Assembly: GCA_001275005.1 (NCBI GenBank)
Contig: JWZX01003400.1
Coordinates: 1 to 46,023 of the forward strand
Origin: Chrysochromulina tobinii
Taxonomy: Eukaryota
Reading direction: 5' to 3'
DNA length: 46,023 nucleotides
Position numbers and translations under genes: made by a program. Shown here one piece after another: positions 35,687-45,309 of the stretch. Below the pieces are notes generated by a model that saw only the letters and a program-made list of their open reading frames with translations, ran no database searches and was not told the DNA's origin. Position 1 is the first letter of the stretch, and each line of letters opens with the position of its first letter.

Positions 35687-37754
35687 CTAGTCCATGCAGG
35701 GCAGCTCATCGTGGTTGAGGACGGGCAGTGGGAAGAAGAGAGCGAGCCACCCGAGCCAGCGAGGCGGCGGCGGTAGCAGCGCGATCTCATCGGCGTCGCA
35801 TGCCGAGCCTCCAATACTTCCAAGATTGAGCCCGAGATTTACCCCGAGATTGAGCCCGAGGAGAGCCCCGCCGAATGGCGCGAGAAGAGCCCTCACCGAA
35901 GTCGCGCCGTCGTGAGCGCCGTCGACTAGGCACCGACGCCCGCCGCGGCCGTCCTCGCTCAGGCTGATGCGAGGTCCACTCGCGTTCGCGCGCCACGCAT
36001 TGTCGCCGAGCGCGCCGGGCAGGCGCACGTAGGTCAGCGTGAATGGCTCCTGTGCCCCCCGTGCAATCTGGAGCAATCTGCGCAACTCGAGAGCCGGCAC
36101 GGTGAAGGACACAAATGGTGTGCCACTGGCCGCGTCCCACCGGGGCATGTGGGCGGAGACCTCGTGCCCAAAGACGTGGCGGACTGTCGGGTTGATTTGG
36201 CGGCCACATTCCAATCAGCATTGCAATCAGCATTGCAATCAGCATTGCAATCAGCATTGCAATCAGCATTGCAATCAGCATTCCAATCAGCATTGCAATC
36301 AGCATTGCAATCAGCATTGCAATCAGCATTGCAATCAGCATGCAATCAGCATGCAATCAGCATGCAATCAACGTACCTGTCGGGTTGAATTGGCGGCCGA
36401 TGTGCCCCGACCGTTGGAGAAGCTCGCGCACCCTTGGCGACAGCTCAGTGGTCACCTCCGCGGGTGCTAACGCGTTCAGAGGCGCCGAACTCGACGCCTC
36501 GACGCGCACCACGCCACCGCCGAAGCCATCCTTGAGTCCGTCCGCCCCCAGCAATGCCTCCGCAACGCGCCCAAGCACCTGGGCGGCCGGCGACGCGCTG
36601 GCCGGTTCGGCAGCATACGCTTGCAGCAGCCCCGTCGGCAGCACCCAGTGGTTCGAGCCGCCGTGGACTCGAATTGAGGAGAAGGGGTACGCGGCGCCAA
36701 CATCGATCAGGCCGACCACCGGCCCGAGGAAGGCATAGGCGAACGCAATGAGCAGAGCGAGCACCCCGGCGGCGACGGAGAGTGCGTTCAGGTAGCGTCG
36801 CTCGCGCGGCAACGGCAAGCCCGAAAACTGCTCGCCGTAAGGCAAGAAGCATTTGGCTGAGCGGCAGTCGATGACGAGCGCGCGCGCGACGATGAAGAGG
36901 AGGCCAACGTAGAGGATGATCGCCCAGTCGACGCTCACGCCCGGGGTCGAGGTGAGGCGCGCGGAGGCGGCGGTGCACGCGACGGCCACGGCACGGTAGG
37001 CGAGGCCCGCGCCGGTGCTCGGCAGCACGGAGGTCGCCTCGGCCTGCGCGGCGGCCCACGACGGCGCGAGGACGTAAAACATCCGAGAGAGGCCAAAGGC
37101 GGAGAAGGAGGCGATCTGGTTGGGAAAGGGCGTGAGGGTGATTCCGAGGTGCAGCACGGCGCAGAGCAGCACGCCCATGCGCCGCGCCGCGCGGAACGGC
37201 AGCAGCAGCAGCGCGCCGATCGCCATCTCGCCCACGATCGTCATCCAGGGCGCACCGACGGCGAGCGCGTGCACGAGCGGCGGCGGCAGCGCGCCCTCTG
37301 GCAGGTACGCGGCCAGTGAGAGCGTGAAGATGGGCGCGCACGAGACGGTCCAGTCCAGGAAGGAGGTGTTGATCTTCCAAAAGCCCGCCGCTAGGTAGAA
37401 GAGCCCCATCTGCGTCCTCACGACCCACTCGACGGCCGGCACGACCGCGCGTCGCGGCACCAGGAGAATGGCCGCCAGGAGCACCGCGTCCGTTTGCATG
37501 GCCCAGTGCGCCGAGTCGAAGATGCAGGGCATCTTGCAGGCGATGAGGTAGATGTGCAGGGCGAGCGCCGCGCCAAAGGTGCGCTTCGAGGGCAGGAGGC
37601 ACGTGAGCGTCACGAGTGGAAGCCACGCCGCCGCGGCGTACGTACCGTCGGGCACGTAGTTGGGTTGCATGATGGTGAGGGTCACCTCCACGACCGCCCA
37701 CAGCTGCGCAAACGAGGCGAACAGGTCGATCGCGGTGTCGATGGCGTCAGTCAT
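35687..37754 (-). CDS. HTTM-domain-like multi-pass membrane protein, 2 exons: 37754-36377, 36183-35687
   Basis: RTQMGLFYLAAGFWKIN and GEMAIGALLL...RRMG...LHLGI match the HTTM/DoxX-like pattern. A phase-1 GT-AG intron gives FNPTVRHVFG. Confidence 0.72.
36184..36398 (-). repeat. Intron 36184-36376: (CTGATTGCAATG)n filler between two copies of the exon 3' end
   Basis: 36184-36205 matches 36377-36398 at 21/22 nt. Confidence 0.92.
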
Positions 37755-37970
37755 GAGCGGGGCGATGCACCCCCTCGTGAACCAATAGAACGCAGATTCA
37801 CACAGAATCACAAGAACGTAAGCTGTCCCCGCGCACGTAGCGCGATTTCTCGCAGAGTCAACTGTTGGCTCGTGCTAAACTTTCCAAAGAGTCGAAAAGC
37901 GCATCCGATTAAAGTTCATGTTCACACCTCTCCCGCGACGCCTCGCGCGCTCGGACCAGCACTCGCGACG

Positions 37971-40900
37971 ATGATGCAGCCCGAGGTGGAGCTGTGCCTC
38001 TACCGTGAGTACATTGGCACCATCCAGCGCACGCTAGCCTGGCATGACACCGAGAGCCTCGGTCCTTATGTGTCCGTCACGGGCGTCCACCTGGACGTCA
38101 GAGGCGAGATCATCTTCGAGTGCACGGAGGTGCATGGTCCCACGGTGAACAACCCGCAAACCGTGCGCGGTTCGCCCGATGAGCTCATGCACTTCGTCTG
38201 CGACAAATTCCAGCGCCGCCTCGTCCACGGTATCTACGCGTTGGACTCGCCCGAAGACCCAGTGCCGAACCGTGCCGCGGCTGTCGAGGCGATGATGGCG
38301 CCGGTGCAGGCACTCGAGAACGCACTCGCTACATGGATCAAGGGCGGCTGCCATGAAGCGCTGCTGGGCATCGCCGCCACGCCGATAGCTTCGGAGCTCT
38401 CTCGTGCCCGCGCCCAGATCGAAACGAAGCTCGTCTCCCTCCCGCCGATGGTGAAGCAGCTGCTCATCAGCCTGTTCGACAAGCAGGTGATGCCGCTCCT
38501 CATCGAGGCCTTCCGACTCCGTTCAGCGGAGCTCGCGCGCCATGTCAACCACAACACGGTCACGGACACGACACTCGAGCAGCATCTCGAGCAGTGCGCT
38601 GAGAGACTTGCCGCTGACTTTGCGAAGCACGTGATGACGCTGCCGGCGCAGTACGACAAGGGGCGCGTGCAGCAGGCACGGGACGCCAAGGGTCGGGCGG
38701 AGGCGCAGCTCGCCAAGGCGCGCAGCGAGGTCAAGTCGTTGCACGACGACGACAAGATGCGCAGGGCCATCGACGTCGCCGACCAAGAGGTCTTGTCACT
38801 TCGCAAGGCCATCGGCGTGACGCGCACGGCGAAGCTCAGTGTCGTGGCGGAGTACGCCCGAAACAACCCACAACACTCTCGCCACTTCGCGTCCCTGACG
38901 GGCGCGGAGGAGCGGCTCGCGGCGCTGCAGAAAAAGGGCGCCAAGGTCTGCGCGCTCACCGAGGAGTCGCTCGGGGAGCAGCGGCGCCATGCCGAGGCGG
39001 AGCTGAGCGCGTCGCAGCGAATCTTCGACTCCGTCGCGGCGGATATGATGGCGCGCGAGCGCGAGCTCGACCAAGTGCATTCCGAGGCCAGCGAGCTGCG
39101 CTCCATTGAGTGGCGCCAAGTGCTCCAGTCGTGGGTCGACGAGGTGAGGGCCCACGTGTTGCCGCTAGCGGGGGATGGGTTGGGCGCGATCCAGCTCGCC
39201 CTCCAGAGTCTACCAAGCAGCCTGCATGGCAAGCTGAGCGACGCGCTCACGAAGCCGCTGTCATCGGCCGCGGGGCCATCCATTCGGCGCCTCGTGAAGA
39301 GCGAGCTCGTGGACGTGTCCGAGCGCGCCATCGAGGCGCTGCGCACGGGCGCCTGTGTAGACTGCGTGCTGTGCCAGGACGCAGCCGGCGCGGGCAACTG
39401 GAAAGCGGACAAGTATCTCATGGACACGCACGGCGGCAACGCCGACCCTGGCGGTGGGATCTCCCTACTCTGCGGCTGGTGCGCCGGCGTCTGCCACGCC
39501 GAGCGCCGCAACTGCTGGAAGCAACCCCTGAACACCAGTGGCCATGGAATGCCGTCGCAAGAGACGTCGAAACTGACGAAATTGGGCTTGGCGTCGCTCT
39601 GCTTGCAGCCGATGCCGTTCCTTCTCTGGCTGGGGCTGAACGACGTGTCGACGCTCAGCGACGTGAACGCCGCCTACCGCCGACTCTCGAGGGTCCACCA
39701 CCCCGACCGCGGCGGCGATCTCGTCAAGTGGGAGATCACGCGCACGTGCAAGCAGATCCTCTCCAGCGAGGCGCAGCTCATCCAGTATGTGCACGGGCGT
39801 AACCACCGCGCGTTCGTGTCGAGCCGCCCCGACGAGCTGAGCAACCACGAGCGCATCGAGCGCCGCATGCGCGCCGCCGGCGAGGCCCCAATGAACAGCC
39901 GGGCGCCCCCGAAGGGCGTCTTCCCGGGCGTCTTCCCGCAGCCGGCGCGCGAGGGCGACAACGTCGAGTACGGATTTGGAAACGGATTTGGCGGCCCCAA
40001 AAAGTACGGAGCCCTCGAGGACCTGAACTCGCGCGTGCTGCGCATGACCAAGGCGTCGGTGCGCGTCGTCGAGCGCCTCTCCCACCCTCGGCGCGTCCGG
40101 CTCGAGATCTCTTGGAAGAAACGCGCCGACAGCATCCAGTACGTCGTCGAGCACGAGACCTGGTCAGGGCCCGTCACCCACGTGCCGTGGACCAAGATCT
40201 ACAAGGGAGCGCTCAATTTCACAGAGTACGTGGTGCGCGACGACCTGGACGACGAGTACTACTGCGAGCACCGGTTTCGCGTGCTCGCGCGCAAGAGCAA
40301 CGAGTGGGAGAGCTGGGAGAGTGAGTGGTCGGAACCGGTCTCGTACATCGGACTGGACGATAAGGACGACGCGACCGGCGCGAAGGACAAGCGCCAGCAG
40401 CGCTTTGAACGGCTCGTCGCGTCGGTGCGCGCGGCGCTCGTGGCGATGGCGGAGGGCACAGCGAGCCTCGAGGCACTCGATCAGCTGAGCCCAAAAGTCG
40501 AGCAGCTCTGCCGTCGCGCTTCTGTAGAGGGCCACGAAGAAAGCCTCCTCGTCGCGGCAGGACTCAACCCGCGCACCTCCACACTGCGCGACGCGCTGAG
40601 CGTCATTAGCACGCGGCGCCAAGCCGCTCGTAAGGCGAGCGCGCTCCGTGCGGCCAAGACCGAGTGGCGCGCGCGCCTGGTCGGCGAGATTGCGAGCTGC
40701 GTCGACTGCGAGAGTGCCGCCGAGGCCACGCGCCGTGTCGAGCGGTTGGGCGAGCAGCTCGACGAGCACATCAAGACGCATGCATCCGATGCGCTCGATT
40801 CCACCGAGCTCAAGGAGCTGCATCGCGTGCTGGCGGACATGCTCCATCAGAAGGCGGCGGAGCTGGGCGCCAAGACCAAGCGGGTCCAGGCAGAGGCCAA

Positions 40901-43900
40901 GGCGGCGGCCGATCGGGATGCGCGGCTGGCGGCGCGGCTGGAGGCGGCGGCCGGCGGCATGGCGCCATCGATGGCTCCGGAGGAGGCGGAGGAGGCGCGC
41001 TTCGAGAAGGAGCTCGCGCTGGCGATCGCTCTCTCGAAAGCCGAAACTGAGCTCGCGAAAGCGCCCACCGTCACTGGGCGCTCGGCGGCAGCGGCGGCAG
41101 CGGCCGCAGAAGCGGCTGAAGCGGCTGAAGCGGAGGCGGCGGTATGGTGGGTTGATGGCGGCGGCGCGAAAGCGAACCGGTATGAGGCGGAGGCCCAACT
41201 CATGCCGATGAGCGCAGCGCCCGAGGCGCCGCAGCTGAGCGTCTGGCAGCCCCCCTCCAAGCTCGCCCCCACGCCCGAGGCGCCGCAGCTGAGCGTCTGG
41301 CAGCCCCCCTCCAAGCTCGCCCCCACGCCCGAGGCGCCGCAGCTGAGCGTCTGGCAGCCCCCCTCCAAGCTTGCCCCCACGCCCGAAGAGAGACGCCTGG
41401 CCGATGATGGTGAGCGCTACACGAAGGCGGAGTTTCTCAGCTACTACGGCAGCTACAAGGAATGGGACGCGGCCGCCCAGTGGGACGCGGCCGCCCAGCA
41501 GGCTTCCTCGACGCCGCCCAACGCCGCCTCGCGGACCGACCCAAGCGCCGTCTCGAGCGCGGATGGAGCCCTCGTGGCGGCGCGCCGTGTCGAGCAGGCC
41601 TTGCTGGCCGAGAAGGACCGCACCGCCACGGCGGCCGCCGACGCGATGGCTGCCGCTGCGAGTGCCGCCGCAAGGGCTGCAGCAGCGCGCGTGCCCACCC
41701 CAGCCCCGCCGGTGCTCGAGGGTGGTCCTGGGGACAGGTGGTATAGCGGCCCCTCCTCGCGCCTCGAGGATGCCCACAACGGCGCGCAGCTCAACGGCCA
41801 GATGCGCGCCGCGCCGGGCGTGCCGCCGACCTACGACGAGCGCCACGCAGCTCCACACCGAGCGCCGCAGATGGGCCAGTACGGCATCAACTCGTCGCCG
41901 CAGGTGATGGGAGGGAGGGCCCCTGCCATGCTGTACGGCATGGGCGGCTTGTGGAACCCTCCGCCTCCGCCTCCGCCTCCGCCTCCTCCTCCGCCTCCGC
42001 CTCCGCCTCCGCCTCCGCCTCCGCCTCCGCCTCCGCCTCCGCTTCCCACCGGTCTGCCTCCGGGCCCTCCGCTCATGAACATGCCCGGCGGCATGATGAG
42101 CAAGCAGCAGTCGCAGCAGGCACCGCAGCAACAGAAGGTAGTGCAGCAGTGGTGTGAACGTTCACAGAAGGTAGTGCAGCAGCAGCAGGCGGGGGCGGGG
42201 GGCGATCCGTGGGCAAAGGGGGGCGCGGTGAGTGGCTCGGGTGGCTGGGGGACGGCCGACACAGCGTTCGGCGTGTCGCCCATCTTTGGGTCTTTCTCGG
42301 GGGGACTTGGCAACGGCCTCGGCTTGCCGCCACGAGCCACTCGAATGCTTGGCATTGTGCATGGAGGAGCTGGGGGCGGCGGGCCGAGAGACATCGTCGA
42401 CAACGACCAGCCGTCAGCCCACGTGTTCAGCGCCGATGCGAATGCCGCTCATCTCTCCTCAGACGGACGCGGCGGAGTACGCGGCGGGGACCACAGTGAC
42501 CGAGATGGCCGCAGCGGCCATGGCGGCCGCAGTCTGCCGCCTACTACCGGGCTGCCTGTTACCGGGCCGCCTGCTACAACTCCAGCGCAGTCAGCCCCAC
42601 CATCCTCGGTCGCCATGGCCGCCGCCGCACCAGTTCCAATGGCACCTCCTCTACCCTCGATGCCTGCGCCCAAGCCGCCTTCCGCCCCGTCGCGGGCCCT
42701 CTACGCTTACAGCCGCCTCGAGAGCCTCACGGGAGGCTGGGACGGGAACTACAAGCTCGGCTCGGGGGGCTCGGGCACCGTCTACAAGGCTACCCTAGAC
42801 GGCACTCCTGTTGCGATCAAGCGGCTCCACGGCGGTGGCGCCGCCAGCGCCGGCGGCGGCGATGGCGGCGCGAGTGCCTCCTTTCACCACGAGCTCGAGC
42901 TTCTGTCCGCCACGAGCCATTCGAATGTCGTCCCGCTGCTCGGCGCTTCGTCCGACGGCGCCGCACTCTGCCTTGTGTACATGTTCTGCGACGGTGGCAG
43001 TGTCGAGCAGCGGCTCGCACGCACCCTGACGGCGTGGCCTCTGCCGCTCAGCGCCGTCCAGCGCATGATCATCGCCTCCGACGTCTGCCGCGGCCTCGCC
43101 TTCCTCCATGGGCTGGGCATCGTCCACCGCGACATCAAGCCAGCCAATTTGCTGCTGCAGCAGGTGCAGCAGGGGCTGCTCGCGCGCATCGGCGACTTTG
43201 GCGTCGCGCGCGCCCTCGAGGCTGAAGCGCAAGCCGCCGGCAGCGGCACGATGATGACGCGCACCAAGACGTGGCAGGGCGCCCAAGCCGCGGGCACGCT
43301 CGCGTACATGGCGCCCGAGTACCTCAAAGCGCCCAACAGCACGCCCAAAGTGGACTCCTTTGCCTTTGGCCTCACGCTGGTGGTCCTGCTCACCGGCCGG
43401 CCGGCGGAGAAGCCGGTCCAGGGCCCCTCGGGCGAAACGTTCGCCAACCTCCTCGAGCTCTGGTACGATGAGCTGGCCGCCAACGTCGATGCGCTCGCAC
43501 AGATGCTCGACACGGCGCGTGCCGTGGTGGGCGTGGGCGCCGGCATGGGCGCCGGCGTGGGCGCTCCGGCGGCCCACCTGTGGGAGCATCACCCCGACGC
43601 CGTGCGCGTGCTCCACGGGATCGCGGGGCGCTGCCTCGAGCACCGCGCTCGGCCACGTGCCGAGGTGCGCGATCTCGTCGACGAGCTCGAGAGGGCGAGG
43701 CACACGGCCGAGACGAGCAGCGCGGCATCTCCGAAAGATCAAAAGGAGCACCCCGAGGAGTTCTGCTGCCCGCTGAGCCTCGAGATGATGGTGGATCCGG
43801 TCGTCGCCGCTGACGGCTTCACGTACGAGCGGTGCCACATCGAGCGATGGATCCGCGGAGGCGGCGTGTCCTCGCCCATGACTGGCCAGCGCCTTCCACA

Positions 43901-43961
43901 TACGAAGCTCACGCCCAACCTGACCCTCAAGGCCATGATCAAGGCCGCCATGGACCGCTGA
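37971..43961 (+). CDS. Apparently intronless ~1996-aa multidomain protein: coiled coil, Cys cluster, J-domain, FN3, UIM, polyproline, IRAK/Pelle-like kinase, U-box
   Basis: J-domain AYRRLSRVHHPDRGGD. FN3-like ISW...YVVE...RFRVLA...SEWSEP. UIM EKELALAIALSKAE. Kinase GSGGSGTVYKA/HRDIKPAN/DFG/GTLAYMAPEY. U-box PEEFCCPLSLEMMVDPV...TYER...SPMT...PNLTLK. Confidence 0.9.
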   Translation: MMQPEVELCLYREYIGTIQRTLAWHDTESLGPYVSVTGVHLDVRGEIIFECTEVHGPTVNNPQTVRGSPDELMHFVCDKFQRRLVHGIYALDSPEDPVPNRAAAVEAMMAPVQALENALATWIKGGCHEALLGIAATPIASELSRARAQIETKLVSLPPMVKQLLISLFDKQVMPLLIEAFRLRSAELARHVNHNTVTDTTLEQHLEQCAERLAADFAKHVMTLPAQYDKGRVQQARDAKGRAEAQLAKARSEVKSLHDDDKMRRAIDVADQEVLSLRKAIGVTRTAKLSVVAEYARNNPQHSRHFASLTGAEERLAALQKKGAKVCALTEESLGEQRRHAEAELSASQRIFDSVAADMMARERELDQVHSEASELRSIEWRQVLQSWVDEVRAHVLPLAGDGLGAIQLALQSLPSSLHGKLSDALTKPLSSAAGPSIRRLVKSELVDVSERAIEALRTGACVDCVLCQDAAGAGNWKADKYLMDTHGGNADPGGGISLLCGWCAGVCHAERRNCWKQPLNTSGHGMPSQETSKLTKLGLASLCLQPMPFLLWLGLNDVSTLSDVNAAYRRLSRVHHPDRGGDLVKWEITRTCKQILSSEAQLIQYVHGRNHRAFVSSRPDELSNHERIERRMRAAGEAPMNSRAPPKGVFPGVFPQPAREGDNVEYGFGNGFGGPKKYGALEDLNSRVLRMTKASVRVVERLSHPRRVRLEISWKKRADSIQYVVEHETWSGPVTHVPWTKIYKGALNFTEYVVRDDLDDEYYCEHRFRVLARKSNEWESWESEWSEPVSYIGLDDKDDATGAKDKRQQRFERLVASVRAALVAMAEGTASLEALDQLSPKVEQLCRRASVEGHEESLLVAAGLNPRTSTLRDALSVISTRRQAARKASALRAAKTEWRARLVGEIASCVDCESAAEATRRVERLGEQLDEHIKTHASDALDSTELKELHRVLADMLHQKAAELGAKTKRVQAEAKAAADRDARLAARLEAAAGGMAPSMAPEEAEEARFEKELALAIALSKAETELAKAPTVTGRSAAAAAAAAEAAEAAEAEAAVWWVDGGGAKANRYEAEAQLMPMSAAPEAPQLSVWQPPSKLAPTPEAPQLSVWQPPSKLAPTPEAPQLSVWQPPSKLAPTPEERRLADDGERYTKAEFLSYYGSYKEWDAAAQWDAAAQQASSTPPNAASRTDPSAVSSADGALVAARRVEQALLAEKDRTATAAADAMAAAASAAARAAAARVPTPAPPVLEGGPGDRWYSGPSSRLEDAHNGAQLNGQMRAAPGVPPTYDERHAAPHRAPQMGQYGINSSPQVMGGRAPAMLYGMGGLWNPPPPPPPPPPPPPPPPPPPPPPPPPPPPLPTGLPPGPPLMNMPGGMMSKQQSQQAPQQQKVVQQWCERSQKVVQQQQAGAGGDPWAKGGAVSGSGGWGTADTAFGVSPIFGSFSGGLGNGLGLPPRATRMLGIVHGGAGGGGPRDIVDNDQPSAHVFSADANAAHLSSDGRGGVRGGDHSDRDGRSGHGGRSLPPTTGLPVTGPPATTPAQSAPPSSVAMAAAAPVPMAPPLPSMPAPKPPSAPSRALYAYSRLESLTGGWDGNYKLGSGGSGTVYKATLDGTPVAIKRLHGGGAASAGGGDGGASASFHHELELLSATSHSNVVPLLGASSDGAALCLVYMFCDGGSVEQRLARTLTAWPLPLSAVQRMIIASDVCRGLAFLHGLGIVHRDIKPANLLLQQVQQGLLARIGDFGVARALEAEAQAAGSGTMMTRTKTWQGAQAAGTLAYMAPEYLKAPNSTPKVDSFAFGLTLVVLLTGRPAEKPVQGPSGETFANLLELWYDELAANVDALAQMLDTARAVVGVGAGMGAGVGAPAAHLWEHHPDAVRVLHGIAGRCLEHRARPRAEVRDLVDELERARHTAETSSAASPKDQKEHPEEFCCPLSLEMMVDPVVAADGFTYERCHIERWIRGGGVSSPMTGQRLPHTKLTPNLTLKAMIKAAMDR
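41219..41386 (+). repeat. In-frame near-perfect tandem triplication encoding PEAPQLSVWQPPSKLAPT (54-nt unit)
   Basis: Three near-identical copies in the CDS. Confidence 0.9.
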
Positions 43962-44787
43962 TGGACCATGCGGGGCAGCACCGCCTCCAGTACTGAGGCG
44001 GGCTCTCGCTCCGCTCGTGCTGCCGTCTTGTGCGTCTCGTCTTGGGCGACGGGGGCCGTGCGGTTCTGCGAGCGCGCCTCTCCACAAAGCTCCGCTACTG
44101 TACTGCGTACGTGCTTACCACACGTACAGTACAAAAGGTTGAAGGTACATGCTCAGCAATTAAGCTCTTGGTTCCGGTTATGTGTTAATTAGGTAGCACG
44201 CCCCGAACTGCTCCTGGCAACTGTCGGTGTGCCGCTCGCTCGCCCCTCGGTCCCTCGACTCGGTCCCCTGCGTGAGCATGCTGGACCCCATGAGCTGGAC
44301 GCGCGCGCCGACCTGCGAACACCCGAACTTGTCAGGAAAACGGAAAACGCTTCGTAAAACGCACGGCGGCCACTCAGACTACGCTCTAGTCGCTCCACCA
44401 TACTTGGTCCATGCATTGGTCCATGCAAGTCCATGCCGCGCGTGCACCACCTGCGACCTGGAAGCTGGAACTTGACGGATTTGGAAAATACTGAGCAGAT
44501 GCGTGCTGGTGGTGATTAATTGTTTCCTTCCCTGCTCTACGGTCATCGCCCTGTACATGCATGTATTTCCACAGTCAATGGTTATAATTCGACACCCAAG
44601 ACACCGGACCGGCGTACATACGGATGCGGTTACCACTAGCTCGGGGACCCCTGGACCCCCTTATCACAGCCATACTCGACCAGCCGCCGGGCCGTGCGAC
44701 TTAACGCTTAGCCACGCCCGGTTAGCCGGTTTCCACAGTTCAGCTGAACCCCACAGCCCACACAGCTGAACCCCACAGCCCACACAC

Positions 44788-45245
44788 GAGCTTCAAGCTC
44801 ACCATGGGCATGTCGCCCTTCTAAACCGCCCCCGCGCGGTACCCGCCACGGTGTGAATGTATGTGTGTGAATGTGAATGTGTGTCTGTGTGAATTTAAAA
44901 CAGGACCACACAGTACAGCGGCGCTCATGCAGGCGCGTCCCCGGGGGGCGCGCTTACATGACTACAGGCAACAGGCCAGCAAGTGGTGCGCCGCTAAGGA
45001 GGTGAGATTTCCTGGATTTCGCCCAGATGGCGACGGGGAGCGCCGCGCCGATCACGCCTGTGTGACTTCTAACGCACACGGTCGGGGGCAGCCGTCGTTC
45101 TCGCGGACGCAACTACCATACTCCTCGCCGCCCCCGCCATGAGCTTCAAGCTCACCATGGGCATGTCGCCCTTCTAAACCGCCCCCGCGCGGTACCCGCC
45201 ATGGTGTGAATGTATGTGTGTGAATGTGAATGTGTGTCTGTGTGA
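44788..45245. repeat. 105-bp direct repeat pair (44788-44892, 45141-45245; one mismatch) around a 248-bp spacer
   Basis: gagcttcaagctcaccatgggc...gtgtgtctgtgtga occurs twice. Confidence 0.9.
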
Positions 45246-45309
45246 CATCTAACACAGCTTCTCGTGTGGAAGAAAGCTGTTCCATCGGCTCTTCTTGACC
45301 GTAATTCCC

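Noticed and set aside
4308..36376. Classical introner transposon family
   Set aside because: The introns are not near-identical to each other and I see no terminal inverted repeats; only short repeat units are shared.
36034..36470. ORFs with peptide repeats (ADCN, LIAM, NQHC, QSAL)
   Set aside because: They are translations of the intronic 12-nt minisatellite.
40164..42131. 655-aa antisense ORF and similar long shadow ORFs (38234-39535, 42795-44087, 33404-34729, 36445-37701, 45052-45972)
   Set aside because: These are Arg/Ala/Gly-rich alternative frames of real GC-rich CDSs with no domain motifs.
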